Assembly: GCA_031367385.1 (NCBI GenBank)
Contig: JANLPS010000066.1
Span: 1 to 47,813 of the forward strand
DNA: 47,813 nt
Direction of reading: 5' to 3'
From: Archangium sp.
GTDB taxonomy: Bacteria > Myxococcota > Myxococcia > Myxococcales > Myxococcaceae
Each line of letters starts with the position of its first letter. Within the stretch, counting starts at the first letter, position 1. This document shows, one piece after another, positions 19,556 through 29,060 of this stretch. A program made the position numbers and the translations under genes. Under the pieces are notes generated by a model. It saw only the letters and a program-made list of their open reading frames with translations, did not search any database and was not told the DNA's origin.

Positions 19556-20014
19556 TTACCGGGCTCGGGCTCCCCGGGTCTTGCGAGAAACGAGGAGCGC
19601 CTCGACGACGGGTGCTCCATCGGCCTCGGGCAACCCGATGGTGTGCGTCAAAGCTTCGTAGCTCTTTCGCAGCCCGCGCAGGTGCTGCCCGAGCTTGAGC
19701 TGTACCTGGCCGGGCATGTCTTCGGTGAACTCGAGATACCAGCGCAGACCTTCGAGGCACTCGTAGAACGCGTTCACGGCCCGTTGCTCGCGCGTGCCCA
19801 GCACCACCAGGTCAGCGAACGCGATGTCGGTGAACCAGCTCTTGAGTGGGCGCAACAGCGCGCTGCGATCTCGATGCCGCGAAAAGAGCTGCACCATCTC
19901 TTCGTGCCGAGCGGCCAGCCGGGTCATCGCGTTCTGGGCGTCGAGCGCGATGAGGTGACGCACCCGCTTCGCGTGCGGGGTGGGTTTCGGTCGGCGTTCG
20001 GCGGGCCTCGGCAT
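19556..20014 (-). CDS. Hypothetical protein (myxobacterial type, helical)
   Basis: Likely start ATG 20014 (MPRPAERR...); globular core RVRHLIALDAQNAM.RL..R..EM..LFSR.R.R...LRWYLEFTEDMP. Confidence 0.7.
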   Translation of the reverse strand: MPRPAERRPKPTPHAKRVRHLIALDAQNAMTRLAARHEEMVQLFSRHRDRSALLRPLKSWFTDIAFADLVVLGTREQRAVNAFYECLEGLRWYLEFTEDMPGQVQLKLGQHLRGLRKSYEALTHTIGLPEADGAPVVEALLVSRKTRGARAR

Positions 20015-20133
20015 GCGTGCGCACTTTGCACGACACCGACCAACCACACGAATTGATTCGCCCCAAAAAAATCTGAAGCTCGCGCCGGAAAAACCGAGCG
20101 CTCGCTGGCCTCTTCTGCGCGCGCGGAGGTCTC

Positions 20134-20601
20134 ATGGTGCTCATGGCTTTGATGATGGTGTTGTCAGCGGCTCCCAAAGTCAGTGGTGATGCCAGCGTCT
20201 CGATGAAGATCGACGGCAAGCAGGAGTACGCCGCCGGCGTGCACGCCATCGTGCCGATACCGAGTGAGCAGTTCGCGGTGTCGGTTGATGTGACCTCGAA
20301 GACCATCGCGAATGCACCGACGGCCGCGGGTGGCATCACGTTGCTCTCGAAGGAGTGGGCGTTCTCGATCGCGATGCGCGCGCAGGCCGACGGCACGGTG
20401 CAGCCCTGCGTGAACGCGCGCGCGACGGTGATGCGTGGCGCGGCGTCGCTGACCGCGGCGGTGAACGTGGCTCCGAATGATTCGACTGAGAAGGTGACGG
20501 CCAGCTTGATGTGGGCGTCGCAGGTGAGCCCGGTGGCGGTGAAGCTCAGCGCCAGCACGGCGGGGTCGGTAACGGTCGGCATGAGCGTGACGTCGATGTG
20601 A
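20134..20601 (+). CDS. Hypothetical exported beta-rich protein
   Basis: GGAGG RBS, signal-like MVLMALMMVLSAAP, 155 aa. Confidence 0.65.
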   Translation: MVLMALMMVLSAAPKVSGDASVSMKIDGKQEYAAGVHAIVPIPSEQFAVSVDVTSKTIANAPTAAGGITLLSKEWAFSIAMRAQADGTVQPCVNARATVMRGAASLTAAVNVAPNDSTEKVTASLMWASQVSPVAVKLSASTAGSVTVGMSVTSM

Positions 20602-20625
20602 TGGGTGCGACGGGGGGGGCATGGC

Positions 20626-21699
20626 TCACGCGCCGATGACCCCGTGCACAACGGCCAGCAGCGAGAGTGACGCGCTCAGCAGCCACAGCACGACTCCGTG
20701 TACCAGGGGGCGAACGCCGACCGAGGCGAGCGCCGGCCGGGTCAGCCCGGCGCCGATCAAGAACAGGGTCGAGGCCATCGCGCGCTGCGCGAAGTGGCTC
20801 AGCTGCAGGCCGGGGTCGTGCAGGGGCCCGACGAAGGTCGCCAGCGCGGCGGCGATGAGAAAGCCGAGAATGAACCAGGGCTTCGCGACCGGGCCTCGCG
20901 CCTCTGCGCTTGCCTTCGACCTGGCCTCGGCCGCGACCATCAGCCCGACGCCGAGGGTGACCGGGGCGATCCACAACGCGCGGGCGAGCTTCACGGCCGT
21001 GGCGACCTCGAGCGCCCGCGGGCCATAGGCCATTGACGCCCCGACCACCGAGCTCGTGTCGTGAATCGCCAGCGCGGCCCAGAGGCCGAATTGGTCTTCG
21101 CTCAGCCCGGCTCGATGACCGATGGAGGGGAAGATGAAGAGCGCGATGCCGTTGAGCAAGAAGACCGTGGCGAGCGCGACCGAGACTTCGTGCTCCTTGG
21201 GTCGCAGCACCGGCGCCACCGCCGCGATCGCGCTGCCGCCACAAATGGCGGTACCGATTGAGATCATCGCGCCGATGTTTCGGTCGACCCGCAGCAGCCG
21301 CGTGAGCAGCGCGCCGAGCACGAGGCACAGCGAGATGCTCACCACCGTAAAGCCGAAACCTCGCAGCCCGACCCTCGCGACCACGCGAAGGTCCATTCCC
21401 GCTCCCAACCCGATGACGGCCGCCGCGAGCAGCCAGCGCGAGAGCGCCCGGGTCTGCGCCACCGCCTGGTTGCCCAGGGTGACACCCACTGCCGCGCCGG
21501 CGGCCAGCGCCATGCCCCCTGAGACGAAGGGCAGCAACGCAGCGATCGGCCCCACCACGAGCGCCACCCGAGCCGATGCGTCTTTCAACGTCATGGTGGA
21601 ATCAGGTAGCCGTTGAACCGCCTGTTGCCAATCTTCTTGGGTGTCGTTGAACAAATGAGCGAACGACTCTCCCGCGGGCGTGCCTTGCTCCGGCGTCAC
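20626..21699 (-). CDS. YeiH / putative sulfate exporter family membrane protein
   Basis: Multi-TM; motifs GTAICGGSAIAAVAP, FGLWAALAIHDTSSVVGA, VKLARALWI, PWFILGF. Confidence 0.92.
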   Translation of the reverse strand: MTPEQGTPAGESFAHLFNDTQEDWQQAVQRLPDSTMTLKDASARVALVVGPIAALLPFVSGGMALAAGAAVGVTLGNQAVAQTRALSRWLLAAAVIGLGAGMDLRVVARVGLRGFGFTVVSISLCLVLGALLTRLLRVDRNIGAMISIGTAICGGSAIAAVAPVLRPKEHEVSVALATVFLLNGIALFIFPSIGHRAGLSEDQFGLWAALAIHDTSSVVGASMAYGPRALEVATAVKLARALWIAPVTLGVGLMVAAEARSKASAEARGPVAKPWFILGFLIAAALATFVGPLHDPGLQLSHFAQRAMASTLFLIGAGLTRPALASVGVRPLVHGVVLWLLSASLSLLAVVHGVIGA

Positions 21700-22043
21700 G
21701 GGCCGAGCTTGCGCCGAAGATCGGCGACAATCGCTTCGTTCTCATACGGGTAATCGTGACCGGGCTCGGTCAGGAGGGCGTGGGGCAGCGTCGTGCGCAC
21801 GTGCGCGCGAATGCGTGCCCGCTGCTCTTCGTCATAGCGCCCGCCGATCATCACCAGGTCGACGCGGGGCAGCGAGGCGAGCAGCGTCATGCCCTCTTCT
21901 TCGCTGAGTGCGCCACGAGCGGTGATGCCACCGAGCTCTCGAATCATGGTCAACACTTCGTGGCGGCGGTGGGGGTTGCCTCCGAAGATCACCATCACCG
22001 CTCGTGCGTCAGGCGCCGTGACTTCCGAAATCAGCTCGCTCAT
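21696..22043 (-). CDS. Small hypothetical protein, receiver-like alpha/beta pattern
   Basis: 115 aa, overlaps both neighbours by 4 nt; VDLVMIGG core. Confidence 0.7.
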   Translation of the reverse strand: MSELISEVTAPDARAVMVIFGGNPHRRHEVLTMIRELGGITARGALSEEEGMTLLASLPRVDLVMIGGRYDEEQRARIRAHVRTTLPHALLTEPGHDYPYENEAIVADLRRKLGP

Positions 22044-22747
22044 ACCCGTACCCCGCGCATCATCGGCACTTCGACCAGAACCAGCTCGGCTGAGCTCAAG
22101 ACCTCGAAGTCGAAGCCTTCAGTCTCCCAGACACCCAAGGCGTCACCGGCCTTCAGGCGTTGACCTTCTACCGCGACTTCGCCGCCCGCACAGTGCAGGT
22201 ACGCTCCGTGGCCTTGGCCGCGCATGTGGTAGCGCGCCCGCTGGCCTGGCTCGAACGCGCCGACTGAGAAGAACGCATCTTGACCAATCAACGCGCTGCC
22301 CTCACGGCGGTCTGGTGAAAGTGCCAGCAGCAAGCGGTTGTGCTTCTCAGGCGCTTGGTAGCTGAACGCCTCGTGTCGTGGCGCGCCGTTGGGTTGCCGT
22401 GGGGAGACCCATACTTGAAAGCTGTGAAACGGCTCGGTTGCCGATGCATTGGCCTCGCTGTGCTCGATGCCCGTGCCAGCGCTCATCGTCTGCACTGCGT
22501 TCATTTTCAGCACGTGTGAGACTCCGGTGGTGTCGCGGTGCTGCTGCGCGCCGCTCAGCATCAAGGTGCTGATTTCCATGTTGCGGTGGGCATGCATGCC
22601 GAACCCTTTGCCAGGCGCGACCACGTCGTCTGCAAAGCCACACAGCTCACCGAAATGCGTTTCGAACGGTACAAAAGCGTAGGCGCTGGTTTTCCACGCG
22701 TCGCTGCGGTGAATGCGGTCACGATCAGGTCGGTACAAGGTCTTCAT
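22040..22747 (-). CDS. Pirin family (bicupin) protein
   Basis: GFGMHAHRNMEI, HRDTTG, MSAGTGIEHSE and FQVWV motifs. Confidence 0.93.
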   Translation of the reverse strand: MKTLYRPDRDRIHRSDAWKTSAYAFVPFETHFGELCGFADDVVAPGKGFGMHAHRNMEISTLMLSGAQQHRDTTGVSHVLKMNAVQTMSAGTGIEHSEANASATEPFHSFQVWVSPRQPNGAPRHEAFSYQAPEKHNRLLLALSPDRREGSALIGQDAFFSVGAFEPGQRARYHMRGQGHGAYLHCAGGEVAVEGQRLKAGDALGVWETEGFDFEVLSSAELVLVEVPMMRGVRV

Positions 22748-22765
22748 GCCTGTCTCCCGGCTGGC

Positions 22766-23683
22766 TTAGAGCGCGCCTCGTTCGATGGCCTGCGCGACGG
22801 TTTCGGCCTTGATACCCGGGTAGCTGGCGTTGTGCGTCGCGCCCAGCAGTGCTTGCCCGCCGAAAACGCCTTGCGCGTACATCAGCGGAAGCCAGGCATA
22901 CATGTTCGCAGGCTCGGCCGAGAGGCGGCGCGCGGTCTCGGCTTTCAGCTCGTCAAGGGAGCCGAGCTGCTGCAAGGTCGCTTTGCGCTTGGTGCTGGCT
23001 TCCCACGCCTTGGCGAGCCCGAGCACATCGAGCCGCTCGCCCGAGACAAAGAGCTGTGGGGGCAGAGGCCGCTCGTCAAGCGCTGCAGCAGCCGCGAAGC
23101 GCGCGGTGTCTTCCCAAGTGGTCCAGTCGATGGGGGTCTTGCCGTCGCCCCAATAGCGAAACGCCCCTTCTTCTGCGTCGAACAACCCCAAGAACCCGAG
23201 CACGTATTTGTCGACGAAAATGCCTTGCATCAGGTGAACCACTTCGAACGAAGCCGAAGCCTCGGTTCGCGCATGCACGGCGAGGGTGCGGCGCCAGTCA
23301 GAATTCACATTGACGCCCTCGGGCAGCGAAAAAAAATTGTACGAATAGTCAGAGGGCAAGAATCGCCGTGCTCCGGCTGCTTTTGCCGCGCGCAGCAGCG
23401 ACAATTGCGCATCGACGATGACGTCGGGCCCGCACTGCAGGGTCGACACCACACCGAAAGCGCCACGCACAACGTCAGCTCGAGTGGCATCGGTCGCTTT
23501 TGCAGCGTCGAAGGCCATGAGCTCGACGCGGTCTGTCTTGAGTGCCGCCAGCTCGGGTTTTTTGGGGTCGCGTACCAAGCCGCGCACGCGAACCCCAGGC
23601 GATGCGAGTAACGAATCAACCACGAGCCGCCCCAACTTGCCTCCGGCTCCTGCCACCACGATGAGTTTGTCTTGCATGCTCAC
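22766..23683 (-). CDS. NmrA-like / aromatic alcohol reductase NAD(P)-binding protein
   Basis: Rossmann VAGAGGKLG, VRRF-like ARRFLPSDY, TTWEDTARFAA. The start could also be the ATG two codons downstream. Confidence 0.88.
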   Translation of the reverse strand: MSMQDKLIVVAGAGGKLGRLVVDSLLASPGVRVRGLVRDPKKPELAALKTDRVELMAFDAAKATDATRADVVRGAFGVVSTLQCGPDVIVDAQLSLLRAAKAAGARRFLPSDYSYNFFSLPEGVNVNSDWRRTLAVHARTEASASFEVVHLMQGIFVDKYVLGFLGLFDAEEGAFRYWGDGKTPIDWTTWEDTARFAAAAALDERPLPPQLFVSGERLDVLGLAKAWEASTKRKATLQQLGSLDELKAETARRLSAEPANMYAWLPLMYAQGVFGGQALLGATHNASYPGIKAETVAQAIERGAL

Positions 23684-23706
23684 TTCATGCGGCTGCGACG
23701 CTGAAA

Positions 23707-23756
23707 TGACAATGCGTAAGCATCGAACTCTTTGTCAGCTTTAGAGTGACAATGCG
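23707..23756. promoter_or_regulatory. Candidate LysR operator in the divergent promoter
   Basis: Palindrome TTGTCA-N9-TGACAA at 23732-23752 plus a direct repeat tgacaatgcg at 23707 and 23747, between nmrA-like and lysR genes. Confidence 0.45.
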
Positions 23757-23776
23757 CATCGCCCCGTGCGAGATGC

Positions 23777-24697
23777 ATGAAGCCAATGACGCCCATCGCC
23801 CCATCAGACATGCTTCTCTTCGCCGCGGTCGTTCGCGAGGGCGGCTTTACCCGCGCCGCACGGGTGCTCGGCTTGACGAAGCAGACCGTCAGCATGCGCA
23901 TCGCCCGCCTCGAGCAGGCCCTGGGTGTACGGTTGCTCGAGCGAACCACGCGCCGGGTGCGCGTGACAGAGAGTGGCGCAGCGTATGCGCAACGCTGCGC
24001 GGCCATTGCCCTCGAAGTTGAACAAGCGAACGACGAGGTGCAGCGACGTCAGGCAGAGCCAGTTGGGCTACTGCGGGTCTCGGCTCCAATGCTGTACGGG
24101 CGGCGTTTTCTGGCACCGGTCATTGCACGGTTTTTGGGCCGCTACCCTGGCTTGCGGCTCGAGCTGGCGCTCGCCGATCGCCGCGTCGACCTCATCGAAG
24201 AAGGCATCGACCTCGCCATTCGAATCGGGGCGCTCGACGACTCTTCGCTCACTGCTCGCAAGCTCGACGAGGGCCATATCTATTACCTCGCCAGCCCGCG
24301 GTATTTGAAGACTCATGGCATGCCGAAGGCGAGCGAGCTGCGGTCGCTTCGCTGCATCGCGGTCAGGCCCCACGAGACCTGGCAAGTGGGTGCGGTGCGG
24401 GCGCGAATCGAACCGGTGCTGGTAGCGAATGATCTCGAAGTCGCGTGCGCCGCAGCAGTTGGCGGAGTGGGCCTCGCGCGGCTCCCTTCACTCGTTTGTG
24501 CGCGAGAGGTTCGAGCTGGCCGGCTGGTGGTGCTCTTCGCTGGCGAAGCTCCGCAGCCGCGCCCTGTGTACGCCGTGTACCCAAGCCGTCAACACCTGCC
24601 AACGAAGGTGAGGGCGTTCATCGATTGCCTTGGTGAGTTGGTCAAGCCAATGAGACCCTTGCCGCTGACCCACCCGCGCGCGCGAAGCCGGGGTTGA
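23777..24697 (+). CDS. LysR-family transcriptional regulator (CrgA/DmlR-like)
   Basis: HTH FAAVVREGGFTRAARVLG...VS.RIARLE..LGVRLLERTTR; substrate domain VDLIEEGIDLAIRIG; KVRAFID. Confidence 0.95.
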   Translation: MKPMTPIAPSDMLLFAAVVREGGFTRAARVLGLTKQTVSMRIARLEQALGVRLLERTTRRVRVTESGAAYAQRCAAIALEVEQANDEVQRRQAEPVGLLRVSAPMLYGRRFLAPVIARFLGRYPGLRLELALADRRVDLIEEGIDLAIRIGALDDSSLTARKLDEGHIYYLASPRYLKTHGMPKASELRSLRCIAVRPHETWQVGAVRARIEPVLVANDLEVACAAAVGGVGLARLPSLVCAREVRAGRLVVLFAGEAPQPRPVYAVYPSRQHLPTKVRAFIDCLGELVKPMRPLPLTHPRARSRG

Positions 24698-24707
24698 GCG
24701 CCTCCCC

Positions 24708-25352
24708 TCAGAAGAACGTTCGCACCCAACGCCAGAGATGCCGCGGCGTCGGCGAGAGGCGCACCATCGCCCAGCGCACACGACGAAGCGGCTGCCCCAG
24801 CAGCCCATCAGAGAGCGGAGCCAGCAACGCCAAGCCGTCTTTCACCCGGCCTTGAGCCCCGAGCAGCATCGCCATGCAGAGCGTCGCCTCCGGGTGCCTC
24901 GGCGAGAGCTCGAGCGCCGATTCGAGCAGCGCCGTCGCGTGCCCCCACAGCTCCTTCTTGTCTCGCAGATGGCCGCTCCCGGTGACGAGCGTATTGACGG
25001 CGTCGACCCGCTTGCCCGTGCGCACCTGGGTCTCGGCGATCTGTCTCCACAAGTCGACCTGCTCGGGAAAAAGCTGCGCCGCCTGCACGTAGACGGAGAT
25101 GGCGCGATCGGGGTACCCGGCCTTCTGGTGCCCGGCGGCGGCCAGCTGAAAGCTCGCCAGCGCTTCACCGCGTTGGTTGGTCTTGCGCGCCAGCAGCGGA
25201 GCCAGCTTGCCGTGCACGACGATGTCAGAAGGGTCGACCGCCAAGATCTGCCGGTACCGCTTGATGGCCTTGCGAAGCTGGCCCTTGGCTCGTGCCTGAT
25301 CAGCCTGCTCCAGCAGCTCCGACCGGATGTAGGGCTTGCGGCTCCAGAACAC
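24708..25352 (-). CDS. TPR-repeat protein
   Basis: 214 aa with TPR-like helices (KAIKRYRQILAVDP, RAISVYVQAAQLFP, LESALELSPRH). Confidence 0.75.
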   Translation of the reverse strand: MFWSRKPYIRSELLEQADQARAKGQLRKAIKRYRQILAVDPSDIVVHGKLAPLLARKTNQRGEALASFQLAAAGHQKAGYPDRAISVYVQAAQLFPEQVDLWRQIAETQVRTGKRVDAVNTLVTGSGHLRDKKELWGHATALLESALELSPRHPEATLCMAMLLGAQGRVKDGLALLAPLSDGLLGQPLRRVRWAMVRLSPTPRHLWRWVRTFF

Positions 25353-25453
25353 CCGCAGAGCCTACGCTCCAGCGAAAGACTTGGCGAAGCGCGCCGAACC
25401 CACGCTTGTTTGTCGATCGTAATCTCGCACTCAGTGGCCTAGCGTTCAGCGCA

Positions 25454-28384
25454 ATGCGCTTCTTCGCGACCTGGGGTCTTTTCGCGGTGTTAGGGCTCGG
25501 TGCCGTCGGCTGTACGTCCAGCGTGCCGGCCCAAAGTACTTGCCGCGCCGATGCCGGGTTCTCGGTCTGTGCCGGCCAGTGCGTGCAGCTGCGCGACGAC
25601 GCGGCCAATTGCGGCGCGTGTGGCACCGCGTGCGCGGCCACCCAGACTTGCGTCGCCGGGGCCTGCTACGCGAGCGACTGCCCCAACGCCAACTGCGGCG
25701 GCTCGCAGGTCTGCCCGTCAGACCGCTGCGTCGACCGAGCCTGCATCGGAGTGCAGTGCACCGCCGGCACCGACTGTTACGCCGGCGCCTGCGTCGAGCG
25801 AAACTGCGGCACGCTCAACTGCCCCTCGGGCTTCTTGTGCGTGAACGGCGCTTGCCGTGACGTGGCTTGTGACGGAGTGGCGTGCCCCAATGGCTCGGCC
25901 TGCCAAGCCGGGGTGTGCCGTGCCGCCAGCTGCGCCGACGGCGTCGCCGGGCCCGGTGAGAGCGACGTCGATTGCGGTGGCACCTGCGCCGTCAAGTGCG
26001 CGGTCGGCCGCATCTGCGCCACCGCGGCCGACTGCGACTCGTCGAGCTGCGTTTCGGGCCGCTGCTCCAGCCCGAGCTGCGACGCCGACGCAGGGTTGCT
26101 CTCGTGCGCCACCGGCTGCTCGCACGTCGCCGATGACAACGAGCACTGCGGCGGCTGCGACGTCAAGTGCACCGCGGGCAAGAGCTGCGCTGGTGGCACC
26201 TGCGTTGCCAACGACTGCGCGGCTGCCGACTGCTCGAGCGCGCAGGTCTGTCTGACTGACGTCTGCACCGACAAGGCCTGCGTCAACGTGATGTGCGGCG
26301 CTGGCACCGCTTGTTACCAGGGCGTCTGCGTCAACAAGAACTGCCCGGCGGTGAGCTGTGGCGCAGGCTCAGTGTGCGTCAACGGCGCCTGCCGTGACGT
26401 GGCGTGCGAGGGCGTGCAGTGTGCGCAAGGCAAAGTGTGCATCGGCGGCGCGTGCACCACCGGCACCTGCACCGACGGGCTCGCCAGCCCGGGTGAGACC
26501 GACGTCGACTGCGGCGGCTCGTGCGCGGTCAAGTGCGGTCTGGGCAAAGGCTGCGGCTCGATGAGCGATTGCAGCTCGCAGGCCTGCGATGCGGGCCACT
26601 GCGACGTGCCCAGCACCTGCGGCAACCGAGTCAAAGACGGCAGCGAGACCGACATCGACTGTGGAGGCACCTGCCCGACCCGCTGCGGCGTAGGCCAAGG
26701 CTGCGGTCAAGACGTCGACTGCGGCTCGGTGAGCTGCCAGTCGAAGATCTGCGCTCAGGCCGCCACCTGCTCGAATGCGCTCAAAGATGGCCTCGAGTCA
26801 GACGTCGACTGCGGAGGGCTCGCCTGCAAAGAGCGCTGCTTCGTGGGTCGCAAGTGCAACCTGGGCTCCGACTGCGTCTCGCGTTCGTGCGTGGCGGGCG
26901 TGTGCGCCGGCGCGACCTGTTCTGACGGCGTCGTCAACGGCCTCGAGACTGACGTCGACTGCGGCGGCACCTGCGCTCAAAAATGCGCGGCCGGGCAGCG
27001 CTGCCAGGGCCCTTCTGACTGCGCGAACCTGGCCTGCCCCGCGGGTCAATGCCTGCCGGCGAGCTGCACCGATGGGCTCACCAACGGCACCGAGACCGAC
27101 GTCGACTGCGGAGGCTCGTGCTCTCGCAAGTGCACCTCGGGCAAGGTGTGTCAGGCCCCCGCCGACTGCTTGAGCGGCACCTGCAATGCCAACCGCTGCG
27201 GTACCGACCCGACCTGCAGCGACGGCATCAAGAATCAAGACGAGGTCGGCCTCGACTGCGGCGGTGCTTCTTGCGCCCCCTGCGGCCTTGGCCAGCCGTG
27301 CACCGCGCAGAAAGACTGCGCCTCGTGGTTCTGCACCGGCAGCCCCAAGAAGTGCAGCACCGGCTTCGGCAGTCGCCTCGACGTGGCGGCCACCTCGAGC
27401 GCCATCTTCTCAGTCGGCCGGGTCAACGGCGACGCGTACGACGACGTGGTGCTGCTCAGCGGCACTTCGCCCGGCTACATGTTGGGTACCTCGACTGGCG
27501 TGTTGACCGCACCGACTTTTCTGCCCAGCGTCGGTTGCTGCTACGCGGTCGACGTCGCGTTGACTGACCTGACGGGCGACGGCATTGACGACATCGCGGT
27601 GCTCGGTGTCGATAACGGAGGCCAGAGCTCATACGTCTGGGTTCGCGCGATGAAGGGCGGAGGCAACGGCACCTTTCAGGCTGTGGTCGAGACGAAGCTG
27701 CCCTCAGGCTACGGCGCGGTCGGCGCCTTCGCGTTCGGTGACGGCGATGGTCTGGGCGCGAAAGACGTCGTCGTGACCGGTGGCTACTACCAGAAGTCGA
27801 CGCTCCAGGCGCTCTACGGCACTGGGCTCGGCACCTACACCGTAGGGCCGGTGCTCGCGCCCTCCGGCACATCGTTCGTCAACGGCGGTGCGACCTTCGC
27901 CGACCTCGACGGTGATGGAGTCGATGAGGTCATCGCCAACATCTCTTCGGGCATTCGACTCTTTCGTCGCACGAGCAACAGCTTCATCGAGGTCTTGCCG
28001 AGCCTGCCGTTCGCAGGCACTCCGGTGATCGCCGTCGACATCAACGGCGATGGGCGAAAAGACATTCTGACCTCAGACGGCACCAGCTTTCAGTTCGCGC
28101 TCAACACCGGCAACCTGACCTTCTCGGCGCCGGTTGCCTACCTCGGGTCGTCGGGCCTGGCGGTTCACGACTTCAACGGCGACGGCAAGCTCGACATCGT
28201 CACCATTCGCAGCAGCGGCGTCGCGTTCTTGATTGGCGACGGCACCGGCGGGTTCTCGGTCGGCCCCAACCTGGGCGGCGCCACGTACAACACCAGGGTG
28301 TTGACCGGCGACTTCAACGGCGACGGCAAGGTCGACGTTCTGACCGTGAGTGGCTCCACCGCGTCGGTCTGGCTGGCGGACTAG
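25454..28384 (+). CDS. Large Cys-rich repeat lipoprotein with C-terminal FG-GAP/VCBS beta-propeller
   Basis: ATG 25454, lipobox GAVGC; two MXAN_6577-like C..D..NCG.CG..C units; seven ETDVDCGG-type repeats; multiple DxxGDGxxD FG-GAP motifs. Confidence 0.88.
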   Translation: MRFFATWGLFAVLGLGAVGCTSSVPAQSTCRADAGFSVCAGQCVQLRDDAANCGACGTACAATQTCVAGACYASDCPNANCGGSQVCPSDRCVDRACIGVQCTAGTDCYAGACVERNCGTLNCPSGFLCVNGACRDVACDGVACPNGSACQAGVCRAASCADGVAGPGESDVDCGGTCAVKCAVGRICATAADCDSSSCVSGRCSSPSCDADAGLLSCATGCSHVADDNEHCGGCDVKCTAGKSCAGGTCVANDCAAADCSSAQVCLTDVCTDKACVNVMCGAGTACYQGVCVNKNCPAVSCGAGSVCVNGACRDVACEGVQCAQGKVCIGGACTTGTCTDGLASPGETDVDCGGSCAVKCGLGKGCGSMSDCSSQACDAGHCDVPSTCGNRVKDGSETDIDCGGTCPTRCGVGQGCGQDVDCGSVSCQSKICAQAATCSNALKDGLESDVDCGGLACKERCFVGRKCNLGSDCVSRSCVAGVCAGATCSDGVVNGLETDVDCGGTCAQKCAAGQRCQGPSDCANLACPAGQCLPASCTDGLTNGTETDVDCGGSCSRKCTSGKVCQAPADCLSGTCNANRCGTDPTCSDGIKNQDEVGLDCGGASCAPCGLGQPCTAQKDCASWFCTGSPKKCSTGFGSRLDVAATSSAIFSVGRVNGDAYDDVVLLSGTSPGYMLGTSTGVLTAPTFLPSVGCCYAVDVALTDLTGDGIDDIAVLGVDNGGQSSYVWVRAMKGGGNGTFQAVVETKLPSGYGAVGAFAFGDGDGLGAKDVVVTGGYYQKSTLQALYGTGLGTYTVGPVLAPSGTSFVNGGATFADLDGDGVDEVIANISSGIRLFRRTSNSFIEVLPSLPFAGTPVIAVDINGDGRKDILTSDGTSFQFALNTGNLTFSAPVAYLGSSGLAVHDFNGDGKLDIVTIRSSGVAFLIGDGTGGFSVGPNLGGATYNTRVLTGDFNGDGKVDVLTVSGSTASVWLAD

Positions 28385-28460
28385 TACCCGTTCACAGGCG
28401 CCGGCGGCCAGCGCCATGCCCCCTTCAGACGAAGGGCGGCAACGCTGCTACGTTGGCTTC

Positions 28461-29060
28461 GTGACTGTGCCGAACACGCCACTCGAGCGCCTGACCTCGA
28501 GTGAGCTTGAGCGCGACCGCGCCAGTGAAGACGGCCAGCTGATGCGGTGGTTGCTCGGGCACCTGCGGCACATCGCGTCTCGACGCCCTCAGGCCGGCTC
28601 GAAGGTCGGCGAGGCGGTCACCCACGTGCTCAAGCTGCAGAAGCCCGCAGGCCAGCTGCCGCCCCGAGCGCTCCGTGCGTATTACCTTCGCGCCGCGGTG
28701 CGCTTCTTGTTTCAATCGCTGCGAGAAAAATCGTTCGACGTGCTGCTCGCCTCGTCGAGCCAGGTCGAAGGTGAAGAGGCCGCCGACTCGAAGCACCTCT
28801 CGCCCGAAGACGAGGTCTCGCTGCACCGCGCCTTCGACGAGGCCCGCGCGCTGGTGCTCGCCGCGCACCCAATCGGGCTTCAGCTGCTGCATTGGAAAGA
28901 GGTCGACGGGGTCTCAGGCTCGGCGCTGGCGACGAAGGCCTTCGAGACCTGGGGTCTGCAAAAGAGCCAGATGTACCTGCACTTGACCAAAGCCCGGGTG
29001 GCCTTCGAGCGCGAAGTCAAACGCCGCCTCGACCTCTCGCTCTCCGAGGAGCTGCCGTGA
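28461..29060 (+). CDS. Divergent ECF-type sigma-70 factor
   Basis: Region 2-like LRAYYLRAAVRFLFQSLR; region 4-like LLHWKEVDGVSGSALA...YLHLTKARVAFERE. Start uncertain (ATG 28416 or GTG 28461/28467). Confidence 0.55.
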   Translation: MTVPNTPLERLTSSELERDRASEDGQLMRWLLGHLRHIASRRPQAGSKVGEAVTHVLKLQKPAGQLPPRALRAYYLRAAVRFLFQSLREKSFDVLLASSSQVEGEEAADSKHLSPEDEVSLHRAFDEARALVLAAHPIGLQLLHWKEVDGVSGSALATKAFETWGLQKSQMYLHLTKARVAFEREVKRRLDLSLSEELP

